The notes below the pieces were generated by a model. It was given only the letters and a program-made list of their open reading frames with translations. It was not told where the DNA came from and ran no database searches. A stretch of 64,000 nucleotides of DNA, taken from IMG/VR virus record IMGVR_UViG_3300035670_000045, positions 1 to 64,000 of that record. The stretch is one strand, 5' to 3'. The DNA comes from a virus. Shown here piece by piece: positions 47,570 through 57,280 of the stretch (the stretch's first letter is position 1; the number at the start of each line of letters is the position of its first letter). The position numbers were made by a program, and so were the translations under genes.

Positions 47570-48468
47570 TTCAGGTCCAGCGACTCCGAGTTCGCTCGCT
47601 CGACGTGAGGACGTACACCTTGGCCTGGGAGATCCAGGACACCACCGAGGATGTGTACGACTACACGTTCGTGATCGAGCGCTCGGAGTCGCAGGCCGGC
47701 CCCTGGGACGAGCTCAGCCATCCGTTCCGCGACCGGTACCGATTTCGGGACACCACGCTTCCGTTGGCGTCGCCAACCCGCACGATGTTCTACCGTATCC
47801 GCGTGACCCACACCCCAAGTGGGGAGGTCACGTACTCCGATGTGGTGGACGCCCAGCCGGAAGCGGACCTCATCACGAAGGAAGTCCGTCGGCACATGGG
47901 GCTCCTCATCCGGGAGTTCACAGGCCGTCGTGCTTGGCTGCTACCCACCCGGACTTTCGGGCAGAAGTGCACGAACTGCCGCAACACCGTGCTGGCTTCG
48001 AAGCGCACGGGTCGGTGCCTCGACTGCTACGACACGGGGTTCTTGCGCGGGTTTCTCGCCCCCATCGAGCTCTGGATTCAAGTCGATCCGACGAGCCCGC
48101 TCACGAAGCAGGCGTCGGGGTTCGGCGACATGTCCGCGGCCGTGACTACGGCACGGTGTGTGGACGTAGACGGGATCAAGCCGCGCGACGTCCTTGTCGA
48201 AGCGGAGAACCGTCGCTGGCGTGTGCTCGCGGTGAACAACACGGAGCATGGCCGGTCGCCGATTCACCTCGAGCTCCAGCTCCGTGAGATTCCGAAGTCC
48301 GACGTGGAGTACGAGTACGAGCTCAAACTGGACACGGCGTTGGAAGACTTGGCGCTGAGCCCGGCCCGGAACTTCACGAACCCGCAGAACCTGACGAACT
48401 TTCAGGACGAAGAGATCCCGTCTATCCTGTCGCTGTACCCCTACGTGACCCGACCTCCGAGGACCTGA
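47566..48468 (+). CDS. Putative neck/head-closure protein (FN3-like N-terminus, Zn finger)
   Basis: LAWEI...IERSES..GPW..L beta-sandwich pattern; CTNC...CLDCYDTG; DVLVE..RRWRV. Confidence 0.55.
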   Translation: MIQVQRLRVRSLDVRTYTLAWEIQDTTEDVYDYTFVIERSESQAGPWDELSHPFRDRYRFRDTTLPLASPTRTMFYRIRVTHTPSGEVTYSDVVDAQPEADLITKEVRRHMGLLIREFTGRRAWLLPTRTFGQKCTNCRNTVLASKRTGRCLDCYDTGFLRGFLAPIELWIQVDPTSPLTKQASGFGDMSAAVTTARCVDVDGIKPRDVLVEAENRRWRVLAVNNTEHGRSPIHLELQLREIPKSDVEYEYELKLDTALEDLALSPARNFTNPQNLTNFQDEEIPSILSLYPYVTRPPRT

Positions 48469-48806
48469 TGGACCAGCGTGTCTTCCAGATTTGCCTGTCC
48501 GAGCTCATGCCCAAGGAGGCGGAGGCGCCGCCCGTTCGTTCGGAGCACCCTTACTGGGACAAAACGAAGATCGTCGGGAAGGCCGCTCTCGGGATTGGCT
48601 TGGGAGCGGCTGGCGGCTACGCCCTCGGGGAAGGGCTCAACCGGGCGTACCAGAAGACCATGGGTAGCCCGCCGTCGGCGGAGCACTTGGGGCGCGCCAT
48701 GGCTGCAGTCGGGATGCTATCCGGGGTAGCCTACACGATGTACAAGCGCAAGCTGGACGAGGAGCTCGCCAATGTCGACGGACCCGCGCCGCACGCTGTT
48801 CCCTGA
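48468..48806 (+). CDS. Small membrane-type protein with a leader ending in KEA
   Basis: TGATG coupling; two Gly-rich hydrophobic helices. Confidence 0.65.
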   Translation: MDQRVFQICLSELMPKEAEAPPVRSEHPYWDKTKIVGKAALGIGLGAAGGYALGEGLNRAYQKTMGSPPSAEHLGRAMAAVGMLSGVAYTMYKRKLDEELANVDGPAPHAVP

Positions 48807-49887
48807 GGCCCCGCTCGAGTACGTCAAGCAGATCTACTGCGGCTTCGTGCAAGGCCTCTTCGGGAGCTTGAGCCGAGAGTCCGGGTACCACTGGGACGCG
48901 GACGAGAACCTGAACCAGATCGTGGTCAAGGACAGCAACTCGATCATCGGGCAGGAGCTCAACTACCGGCCAGGTGTCCTGTTTGCCCGCGGACCAGTGC
49001 AGTCTCAAACGCTCGGCTTCAACGACCGGATGGGGTACGACCCGTCCACCGGGCAGGTCACCAAGTCGATCCTCATCCCGGGGACCATGAACATCAACGT
49101 CGTCTCCCGAATTCCACAGGAGGCGGAGAACCTCGCTTGGGTCATCAGCGAGGCGATTTGGGTCCACAAGCAGATGTTCATGGACGCGGGGTTCATGGAC
49201 ATCGGACGCTTTGTGGTGGGCGCTCCGACCGCTGCAGGGTCCCTCGTAGAGGGGGATGGCGGGGACGAGTGGTACGCCGTAGTGGCGAGCTCCCCCTTCC
49301 AGTTCTTTCGCACAACGGTCATCACTCCGTTGGGCCACAAGATCGCGGACAACTTCAAGATCTCGACGGGTTCGGGGTCTCAGGCGGGGGTACGGCCCCA
49401 CCCGTTCCTGCCGGGACAACTGGTCACCGCTCGCCGTGTGAGCTCGGGGCATGGGGTCACCCCCGCGCCGGTCACGTACCCCAAGCAGCCCATCCAAGGT
49501 CCGCCTGGCCCGGCAGGCCCGCCTGGCCCGAGCGGGGGCTCTACCCTCGAGCGCACGGCGGATGCCACGCTGTCCGCGTACAAGGTGGTGTACGCCACCG
49601 CGGGTGACGGTGCCGCGTACGCGGATTCGTCCGTGTTGGCACACGGTCCGTTCGTGCTCGGGATCACCTCCCACGCCGCCAGCATGGGGACGATCGTTCA
49701 GATCATTCAGAGTGGGGAAGTGGAGGAAGCCACCTGGTCGTGGACGCCCAACCTTCCCATCTTCTGTGGGGCGAATGGTACTCTGACCCAAACGGCTCCG
49801 ACGTCTGGGTGGCTACGCCAAATTGCCTACGCCACGTCACCTACCTCGGTCATCGTGGACATCGGGCCCCTGTTTCAGCTGGCGTAA
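48772..49887 (+). CDS. Putative tail-completion protein fused to a collagen-like linker and decoration-like domain
   Basis: INVVSR..QEAENLA pattern; GPPGPAGPPGPSG; C-terminal AYKVVY...LGIT...QSGEV...LTQTAP. Confidence 0.55.
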   Translation: MSTDPRRTLFPEAPLEYVKQIYCGFVQGLFGSLSRESGYHWDADENLNQIVVKDSNSIIGQELNYRPGVLFARGPVQSQTLGFNDRMGYDPSTGQVTKSILIPGTMNINVVSRIPQEAENLAWVISEAIWVHKQMFMDAGFMDIGRFVVGAPTAAGSLVEGDGGDEWYAVVASSPFQFFRTTVITPLGHKIADNFKISTGSGSQAGVRPHPFLPGQLVTARRVSSGHGVTPAPVTYPKQPIQGPPGPAGPPGPSGGSTLERTADATLSAYKVVYATAGDGAAYADSSVLAHGPFVLGITSHAASMGTIVQIIQSGEVEEATWSWTPNLPIFCGANGTLTQTAPTSGWLRQIAYATSPTSVIVDIGPLFQLA

Positions 49888-49901
49888 AGGAGTGGGTCAT
49901 C

Positions 49902-50576
49902 ATGGCAAAGTATCTGAAGCTGGTCAGCGGTGTCATGTCGGAGGAGTCCACGGTGGGCACCTCCGCCGGTGCGGGAGACGCCGGCAAGGTCCCCCACCTC
50001 AACGGCTCGGGCGTCCTCGACCCGACGATCATGAACGCCGTGAACGCCTCGACGGGCGCCCCGGACGCGGGCAAAGTAGTTCGGCTCAACGGCTCGGGTG
50101 TCCTCGCCGCCAGCATCATCAACTCGGTCACTTCGTCGGCGGGTGCGGGTGACTCCGGCAAGATCCCTGCCCTCGACGGCTCCGGTCGCCTCGACTCCAC
50201 CTTCCTCCCGGTTGGTGTGGGTGCGGACACCGCATCGATCCAGGCCTCGGAGGCCCTTTCGGCGGGTGACTTCGTCAACGTGCACAACTCGGGTGGTGCG
50301 CGGATCCGCAAGGCGGACGCCTCGAGCGGGTTCCAGGCGCATGGGTTCGTGTCCGCCGCGGTCAGCAACGGCGCGATGGGGACGGTCTACTTCGACTCGG
50401 CCAACACCAACCTCTCGGGCATGACCCCCGGAGCCCCGCAGTACTTGGGCACCACGGGCGCCCGTACGGAGACGGCCCCGTCGACCGCCGGACACATCAG
50501 CCAGTACATCGGCGTCGCAACTTCCGCAACTTCGATGTCGTTCGAGCCCGCGCGACCGATTACACTCGCGGCATGA
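49902..50576 (+). CDS. Head/neck fibre or decoration protein with three ~29-aa repeats
   Basis: AAGGAG RBS; three copies of S.GA.D.GK...L.GSG.L; ASEALSAGDFV...AHGFV C-terminal domain. Confidence 0.65.
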   Translation: MAKYLKLVSGVMSEESTVGTSAGAGDAGKVPHLNGSGVLDPTIMNAVNASTGAPDAGKVVRLNGSGVLAASIINSVTSSAGAGDSGKIPALDGSGRLDSTFLPVGVGADTASIQASEALSAGDFVNVHNSGGARIRKADASSGFQAHGFVSAAVSNGAMGTVYFDSANTNLSGMTPGAPQYLGTTGARTETAPSTAGHISQYIGVATSATSMSFEPARPITLAA

Positions 50577-51070
50577 CCGTAGACATCCAGGCGTACCGAA
50601 ACTACTGCCACGACCGCCTCACCAAAGTTGGGTGCACCAGCTCCGAGGCCTGGCTTCTGATTCGGTACGCCTGGAACTGTCCCCCCAAAGACGTCGCACG
50701 GATCGAGTCCCTCGAGGGGCTCGTTCAGGCGGTCGAGCGAGCCCCCGGAATCAAAGAGGGGCTCGTGGCCATGGCGCATCAAGATCCGTTCACGAAGAAG
50801 CGGATCGCCGAGCTCGCCCGTCTTCAGCAGGTCGAGCTCCCGAAAGCCAACAAGTACTACCCGGACCCCAACGCACACTTGGAGTTCGTACTCGAAGCAA
50901 AGCGTACGCTACGCGACATCTGGCCCAATGTGGACGAGGGCCGAATCAACGGCGCGATGGTCGTGTCCATGAGCGCTGGTCTCGACGAATGGGGCAAAGA
51001 GTGTTGGAAGTTCTCCATCGAGAACTGTGACCGCATCATGCGCGAGACGGAGTCGGTAGATGGCTGGTGA
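50573..51070 (+). CDS. Hypothetical protein
   Basis: ATGA coupling; also preceded by TACACT-N6-ATG. Confidence 0.7.
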   Translation: MTVDIQAYRNYCHDRLTKVGCTSSEAWLLIRYAWNCPPKDVARIESLEGLVQAVERAPGIKEGLVAMAHQDPFTKKRIAELARLQQVELPKANKYYPDPNAHLEFVLEAKRTLRDIWPNVDEGRINGAMVVSMSAGLDEWGKECWKFSIENCDRIMRETESVDGW

Positions 51071-51926
51071 AGCGATTGTCGACTGGTCCCGGTTGATCTA
51101 CTTGGCCACCCACACGACGGCGGAGCTCGTGAGTGGGTTCAAGCACCCACGCACGGGCGGCACTGCAGCCGTAGCGACCGTGGTGGGCCAGTGGACGACG
51201 CTACGCCGGTTCGATGGGTTTCCCGGAGGGACCGGCTCCTTCACGCCCACTACATCCGCGGCACTATCGAACACGACCAACGGGGCTTGGCATTTCACTC
51301 CCCCCGCCGCTGGGGCGCGGAAACGGCTCTCCGCGGTCACGATGTCGGTGCTCAACGCCGGTGTGCTTTCCATCTACGACCGACTGAACGAATCCGGTGG
51401 CCTCAGCGGTACTACGCCTGTGAGCCCTACGGCGCAGACCGCCAACCTGCCGACAGCCGCCCTGACCCGTCACACCACCGGCGTCGGTGTGCGCCCATGG
51501 GTCGACATCTGGACTGCGATCGGGACAACGGCCCGAACCCTCGCGGTCAATTCCTACACCAACAGTGACGGGACTTCTGGGCGTGTAGGTCCCGGCCGAA
51601 CCTTCGGCTCGGCTGGGTGGAACAACCTGAACCGCACGCTGCCCCTACCTCTCCAGGCGGGGGACAAAGGGGTCCGAGTGGTGACGAACTTGATGCTGAG
51701 CGCTAGTACGGGCACCGCCGGAAACTACGGTGTCTCCCTGAAGAAGCCCATCGTCATCATTCCGGCTGCAGCCGCAGGTATGGGGGTTACCTACTCGTTC
51801 GTGATGAAGAGCGGAGGGCCCTTCGATCTGGGGGTGGACTCCGACGCGTGCCTGAGCCTGGACTGGCAATCTGGGGTCACCACGGCTCCCGAGGTCAACA
51901 TCGACATGCTGTTCGTGGAGCAGTGA
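51060..51926 (+). CDS. Virion beta-rich protein, paralog A
   Basis: Thr/Gly-rich; shares motifs with 51928..52761. Confidence 0.7.
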   Translation: MAGEAIVDWSRLIYLATHTTAELVSGFKHPRTGGTAAVATVVGQWTTLRRFDGFPGGTGSFTPTTSAALSNTTNGAWHFTPPAAGARKRLSAVTMSVLNAGVLSIYDRLNESGGLSGTTPVSPTAQTANLPTAALTRHTTGVGVRPWVDIWTAIGTTARTLAVNSYTNSDGTSGRVGPGRTFGSAGWNNLNRTLPLPLQAGDKGVRVVTNLMLSASTGTAGNYGVSLKKPIVIIPAAAAGMGVTYSFVMKSGGPFDLGVDSDACLSLDWQSGVTTAPEVNIDMLFVEQ

Positions 51927-51927
51927 C

Positions 51928-52761
51928 ATGGGGACGCAAATCCCCAACATGGCGTCGTACCAAGCGATGGTCGCAAACCCAACTCAACAGGTGGAGTTCA
52001 GCAAGAGCTCGGTCACCGTTGTCGCTGGAAGGGAGTACACCCTGTGGCGTGCCGCTGGGTTTCCGAGTCCCGGTCTAGGATTTTATGGCACCACGCCTGT
52101 CACTTGCACCAGCGCGACGGTCGGCGCACTCCCGTTCATCAACTCCACGAACACCCAGCGAATCGTAGCCTGCTTCCTCCACATGGCGTCCGTGGGTGCG
52201 ATCGGAATGGTGCACCTGCACGACCGCTACATTCACAACTCTGGGTATTCCGGGACGGCAACGGGAAGCATCGCAGTGAACACCCCCGCGCTTCCCGCTC
52301 GAGCGGGTAGTGCCATCGGGGTACGGGCGGCTGCCGAGATCTGGGTCACGATCGGATCCGTAGCCACCACCATCTCCTTGTCGTCATACACCGACGCAAT
52401 CAACGGCGGGGGTCGAGTGGGCCCTGGAGTCACCATCGGGTCCACAGGATGGAGAGATCCCCCCCGGTGGATTCCGTTTACCCTGGCGCCCGGCGATCGC
52501 GGCGTGTCTTCTGTCGAGAATTACACCCTCACCGCGTCCACCACCACGGTGGGTGACTTCGGCATCGTGTTGTACCGGACGCTACTTTCCGTACCCATTC
52601 ACGCTGTCCCGCAGCGGAACTTGGAGGAGGAGGGCATTCTTGGCATGGCGCTGAACATGCCGATCGTCCCCAACGATGCCTGCTTGTTTCAAACCTTGGT
52701 GCTCAACACCACGTCTACCGGCGTTTTCATGGGGTACTACAGCGTCGCGGAGATGCCGTAG
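51928..52761 (+). CDS. Virion beta-rich protein, paralog B
   Basis: Shares GFP, DR...SG.SG, GVR...IW..IG, SYT..GRVGPG.T.GS.GW, GD.GV and DACL with paralog A. Confidence 0.7.
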   Translation: MGTQIPNMASYQAMVANPTQQVEFSKSSVTVVAGREYTLWRAAGFPSPGLGFYGTTPVTCTSATVGALPFINSTNTQRIVACFLHMASVGAIGMVHLHDRYIHNSGYSGTATGSIAVNTPALPARAGSAIGVRAAAEIWVTIGSVATTISLSSYTDAINGGGRVGPGVTIGSTGWRDPPRWIPFTLAPGDRGVSSVENYTLTASTTTVGDFGIVLYRTLLSVPIHAVPQRNLEEEGILGMALNMPIVPNDACLFQTLVLNTTSTGVFMGYYSVAEMP

Positions 52762-53763
52762 ATGTTCGACTACCAGTTCCTCCCGTTCGACAATGCGTTC
52801 CGAGAGCTCGGGGCTACCCCACTCGAGTCTCCCGCGTGGGAGGCGGACCCGTCCCAGTTCCCGTTCGAGAGCGGCGTGGAATGGAACAAGTTGATCCTGG
52901 ACAGCTACACGTACGACATCGGTGGCCCCCCAGACGTACTGGACATCGCCGCGGAACCCGGCAGTACGTACACGGGGGCAGTGTCCCTGGCCGGTCCGAC
53001 CGTGGTTACCGAAGTCGCTAGGAACAGTGACTCGGCCGTGAAGTTCAACGGATCGGATGCGTTGTATGAAGACACGGACCCCACCTCCTCCACTTACGGG
53101 GACGGAACGGACTGGACCGTGTTCTCCGTAGTGTGCCCTAGGTCATTCGGATCTATCGGCGGAGCGGATGGCGACGGGCATGGGGTCTGGGCGTTCTCCG
53201 ACTACTTCGTGGGCCTCACCATGTTCAACGACGGCGGGGCGAACAAGCTCCGGCTCTATGCCTTCGATTCTGGGGGCTCAGTGGGGCACCCCATCGATCT
53301 GAACGTGCATGCTGGGCGATGGTGTGTAAGTACCTCAAGCCTTGGGAAAGACCTGGTGCTGCGCAGCCAGGTGGGCCTGGATCGGTTGGGTGAGGCAGCC
53401 ATGCCGTCTGGCCCGGTGACGGGAGCCACCGTAGTTCAGTTCGGGTACAACTCCGGGAGTCTGCAGTACGGCGAGATGGATTTGGCGGTGTACGCCGTTT
53501 CCCCATCCGGATCGTTGCCCGTTTCCCGTGTGAGAGACATCGTCCGGTACCTCGAGGCGGTGTACGGGCCACAGATCCCATGCCTGGTCTTGCTCGATGG
53601 GCAGTGGGCACAAGTCCCGTCAACCGCCCCGTACGGGAGTCGGATCTCACTGGCCAGCGGCGCATACGTGTGTGCGCCGAGCTCAGGGAGTTCCCTGGTC
53701 CTTTCTGCCGGAGCACTGAGCACTGCGGCGAACGAGGAAGATGTGAGGGTGCCGCCTCCTTAA
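52762..53763 (+). CDS. LamG/concanavalin A-like domain virion protein
   Basis: AVKFNGSD...DWTVFSV...GRWC...VQFG...YLEAVYG pattern. Confidence 0.55.
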   Translation: MFDYQFLPFDNAFRELGATPLESPAWEADPSQFPFESGVEWNKLILDSYTYDIGGPPDVLDIAAEPGSTYTGAVSLAGPTVVTEVARNSDSAVKFNGSDALYEDTDPTSSTYGDGTDWTVFSVVCPRSFGSIGGADGDGHGVWAFSDYFVGLTMFNDGGANKLRLYAFDSGGSVGHPIDLNVHAGRWCVSTSSLGKDLVLRSQVGLDRLGEAAMPSGPVTGATVVQFGYNSGSLQYGEMDLAVYAVSPSGSLPVSRVRDIVRYLEAVYGPQIPCLVLLDGQWAQVPSTAPYGSRISLASGAYVCAPSSGSSLVLSAGALSTAANEEDVRVPPP

Positions 53764-53837
53764 CGGGTGTGGTTCCCATCCGCGGATGGCCTGTGGAAGG
53801 ATAGGGATGTCCCACGAACCACCTCGAAGGAGCCAAC

Positions 53838-56800
53838 ATGGCGGCCGAGTCCCCCCGTCCCGGAGTCAACGTCTTCCAGAACTTCACGCGCGCACGGCCG
53901 GCTCCCCTCGCCCCGACGCTTCCGTCGGTCATCGTTGGTGTGGCGAAGCAGACCGTCAACGTCGTGAACCGAACGGCAACGGGGGCTTCCGAGCTCAACG
54001 ACCAGTCGCAAATCTCCCTCCCTGCGTCGGTCATCATGAAGGCCGCGACGGGGAGCCCTCTCGCCTACACGGGTCTCGACGGGCTTAAGCTCGTCGTGTC
54101 GATTCGTGGTGGAGAAGATGTCGACCTCGTCTTCACGGGGAACTCCCTCTCCCCGGCGGCGATCGCCGCGCAGGTGAACGATCTCCTCGCCGCGGAAAAC
54201 ATCGGAGAGGTGATCGCCGAAACCTACGGCGACGACCAATGGCGACTGGTGTCCGTCGGAAAAGGACCCTTCGAGTCCATCGAGATCCGTCCCACTTCGG
54301 ACGGTGCCGTCCTTACGGCGTTCGACCTGATCTCCGGGTACGTCTACGCGGGTGCGACCGAGTACACGCAAACCCAGATGCTGGTCCCGACCCCCGACTT
54401 CCCGGACCCGAACGGGAACCTGGACGAGCTCGCGATCGAGCCGGCTACGGTCAGGACCTTCCTGAGGCTCGGTGCCGACCTGAACCTCCTCGAGCTCTCG
54501 CGCACCGAGGCGTTTCTCCGTCGCGGTGGCGGGGGGTACGCGGCTACCCTCATCGGCACCGTGGCGGTCGGGACCGGCGGACTTTACGGCGGCGGCGGTA
54601 CCCTGAACGGGACAACCCTGACCATCATCGTCGACTCGGCCTCCCCGGTGAACGTGACTTTCGCGTCGCCGGCGGCGGCGGCGGCGGTGCGGGATGAGGT
54701 GAACGCCGCCCTCGGCTTCCCGCTCATGCGGCTCGGCACCAACTTCGAGGTGCTGTCCCCGACCACCGGTGCGGCCTCGAACATCACCCTCACCGGCACC
54801 GCGGCGCCGCTCCTCGGATTCGTCGCGCCGAACAACACCTCGGTGGGCGGGTACTCGGTGAGCTCCGTCTCCATCGGAACGGGCACGCTCACGGACACGG
54901 TGAAGGTCCTCGGGCAGGACTTCACGGCGGCCGGTACCGCGGCCGTCGTCACGGGCGCCTGGGACATCTCGGGCTTGGCCTACCCGGCCGACCTGTTGGG
55001 GGAGACCCTCACGCTGGACGTGAATGGGGTGGGCCCGCAGACCCTCACCTTCGGGTCCCTCGGCAACCAGGCCGCACTCCTGTCCGCGCTCAATGCCTTC
55101 TTCCCCGGCCTGACCGCATCGGTCGCGTCGACGAAGCTGGTGCTGACCTCGGACGAGCTCGGCACGGACTCCTTCATCCGCGTCGTCGGCGGGTCGGCAT
55201 GCGGGATCCTCGGGTTGGTGCCCTCGGTCACCGGCCGGTGGTCGTTGGCGACCATCTCCCCGGACCTCACCACCCTCAACTCGAAGAAGCTCAAGATCCA
55301 GGCCCCCGACGGGACCGTCGAGGTCACGTTCTCGGGTCTGAGCGGGACGACCCCGGCGGATGTGGCGACCTTCCTCAACGCCAACGGTCCGTTCGCGGCG
55401 GTGGCTCGAGCCACCATCGAGAGCGGCGCCCTCCGCATCAATGGGCTTCGTGGCGGCGAAGAGCTCTCCACGCCCCACGCCCTCACCGTGCTCGTGGCGA
55501 GCTCGGCGGATGCGGCTCCCTACCTCGGCCTGTCCAGGTACGACTCGGCGACGTTCCACGTCTTCGAGGGGGCCCCCAACCCGCCGCTCTCGGGTGACGA
55601 CCTCTACGTCGATGGCGTGCTTCTCGGGCGCATCATCAAGGTGGCCCCGACGGGCGCGGTGGACCGCCTCCGGCTCGACAAGAAGCTCACGGTCCGGGCC
55701 GACCAAGGCATGCGCTTCCACATCCGAGCTCGACAGCTCAGCGCAGGGTTGGCGAGCCGACCCGACCCCGAGCTCGTGGTCAGTGGGTCGGGGCGTCCGA
55801 CGCTCAAGCCCCTCGTCATCCGGGATGTGTCCGGTGCGCCTGTCATCGCTCGGACGCCGGTCCACGTGTCGTACCGCGCGGTCCGTATCGACCTCTCCGC
55901 CCGTGCTCGAGCACCCAAGCTCCTCACGGTGGGGTCGACGACCGAGCTCGACACCATCATGCCCGCGTCGACGGACAACCCGCTCGGCCTCGGCATGTAC
56001 CTCGCGCTCCTGAACGCCAACGGGGCGACCATCAGCGGTCTCGGCGTCGACGCGATCACCGACGATGCCCCCTACGGAACGATCGAGGCGTTCACGCGCT
56101 CCGCCGAGTTCCTCGAGGCGTTCGACATCTACGCCATCGCCCCGCTGACGAACGACGGCACGGTCGCGCAGGTGTTCTCGAGCCACGTCACCGCGATGTC
56201 CGAGCCGGAAAGCCGGTCCGAGCGGTGCGTGGTGTTCAACCATGCGCAGCCTACCCGGAAGCTCGACACGGTGGTCGCGTCGGGCACGGACGGCAACTCG
56301 GTGGGCGCGCTCGGCACCCAGTTCGACACGGGGATCCCGAACCTCTCGTCCCTCGTGCAGTCCGCCGGGGTCGACCCCGTGGGGACCATCCCGGCGACGG
56401 CGGGCCTCTTCCTCGATATCGCCACGGACGGGAAGCGGTACAACATCTCGGCGATCTCGGGCTCGGTGGTGACGGTTCGCAAGACCTTCATCTCGGGCGA
56501 GAACGACGACGGGTTCTACGCGACGACCGACCTCAACGACAGCCCTCTGCCTACGACGCTCATCAGCGAGCCGTACGCCGTGCGCGTTCGCGGGGCCTCC
56601 CTCACCCGCGTGGACGGTACCCCCGACAAGCTGGCGATGGCCGAGACCTACCAGGCACTCGGCCAGAGCATCAGCAACCGTCGGTTCCGTAACCTGGTGG
56701 TGGACCAGGTCACGGTCACCCTCAACGGGCTCGACCAGTCGATTCCGGGGTTCTACGCGGCTGCGGCTCGTGTGGGCATGATGGCGGGTCTCCCCCCGCA

Positions 56801-57266
56801 GCAGGGCTTCACGAACTACCCCATCGTGGGCATCAAGGCCGTGAAGGGTACGAGCAAGTACTTCTCGGACAAGCAGCTCAGCATCATCGCTGCCGGCGGA
56901 AACGACGTCCTCATCCAGGACGTCGATGCGGGTCCCGTGTTCTCGCGGCATCAGCTGACGACGGACATGAGCTCCATCGAGACGCGCGAGTGCTCGGTCA
57001 ACCGAGTGGTCGACTACTCGGCGAAGTTCCTCCGTCAGCTCATCCGCGGGTACATCGGCCGGTACAACATCACCCAGGGGTTCATCGAGACCATCAGCCA
57101 GGTCGCGCAGGGCGGCCTCGCCTACCTGACCGGGAACGGGATCCTCAACGGGGGTAGCTTGAACGAGCTCATCCAGGACGAGGACAACTCCGACTCGCTC
57201 ATCGGGGACTTCTCGCTCGACCCCCCGATCCCCTGCAACACGATCAAGCTCACCCTGAACATCTGA
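53838..57266 (+). CDS. Contractile tail sheath protein (1142 aa, with inserted repeats)
   Basis: N-terminal PRPGVNV; C-terminal GFYAAAA..G, FTNYPI.G, RHQLTTD, RECSVNRVVDY, YIGRYNIT and PCNTIKLTL. Confidence 0.88.
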   Translation: MAAESPRPGVNVFQNFTRARPAPLAPTLPSVIVGVAKQTVNVVNRTATGASELNDQSQISLPASVIMKAATGSPLAYTGLDGLKLVVSIRGGEDVDLVFTGNSLSPAAIAAQVNDLLAAENIGEVIAETYGDDQWRLVSVGKGPFESIEIRPTSDGAVLTAFDLISGYVYAGATEYTQTQMLVPTPDFPDPNGNLDELAIEPATVRTFLRLGADLNLLELSRTEAFLRRGGGGYAATLIGTVAVGTGGLYGGGGTLNGTTLTIIVDSASPVNVTFASPAAAAAVRDEVNAALGFPLMRLGTNFEVLSPTTGAASNITLTGTAAPLLGFVAPNNTSVGGYSVSSVSIGTGTLTDTVKVLGQDFTAAGTAAVVTGAWDISGLAYPADLLGETLTLDVNGVGPQTLTFGSLGNQAALLSALNAFFPGLTASVASTKLVLTSDELGTDSFIRVVGGSACGILGLVPSVTGRWSLATISPDLTTLNSKKLKIQAPDGTVEVTFSGLSGTTPADVATFLNANGPFAAVARATIESGALRINGLRGGEELSTPHALTVLVASSADAAPYLGLSRYDSATFHVFEGAPNPPLSGDDLYVDGVLLGRIIKVAPTGAVDRLRLDKKLTVRADQGMRFHIRARQLSAGLASRPDPELVVSGSGRPTLKPLVIRDVSGAPVIARTPVHVSYRAVRIDLSARARAPKLLTVGSTTELDTIMPASTDNPLGLGMYLALLNANGATISGLGVDAITDDAPYGTIEAFTRSAEFLEAFDIYAIAPLTNDGTVAQVFSSHVTAMSEPESRSERCVVFNHAQPTRKLDTVVASGTDGNSVGALGTQFDTGIPNLSSLVQSAGVDPVGTIPATAGLFLDIATDGKRYNISAISGSVVTVRKTFISGENDDGFYATTDLNDSPLPTTLISEPYAVRVRGASLTRVDGTPDKLAMAETYQALGQSISNRRFRNLVVDQVTVTLNGLDQSIPGFYAAAARVGMMAGLPPQQGFTNYPIVGIKAVKGTSKYFSDKQLSIIAAGGNDVLIQDVDAGPVFSRHQLTTDMSSIETRECSVNRVVDYSAKFLRQLIRGYIGRYNITQGFIETISQVAQGGLAYLTGNGILNGGSLNELIQDEDNSDSLIGDFSLDPPIPCNTIKLTLNI

Positions 57267-57280
57267 AAGGCTCTACATCC

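Noticed and set aside
53760-56951. 1063-aa minus-strand ORF (also 38586..40244, 28439..30253, 41085..42389, 18792..20969 and 24588..26204)
   Set aside because: These are antisense shadows of codon-biased high-GC genes. They are Arg/Gly-rich, lack motifs, and fully overlap well-supported plus-strand genes.
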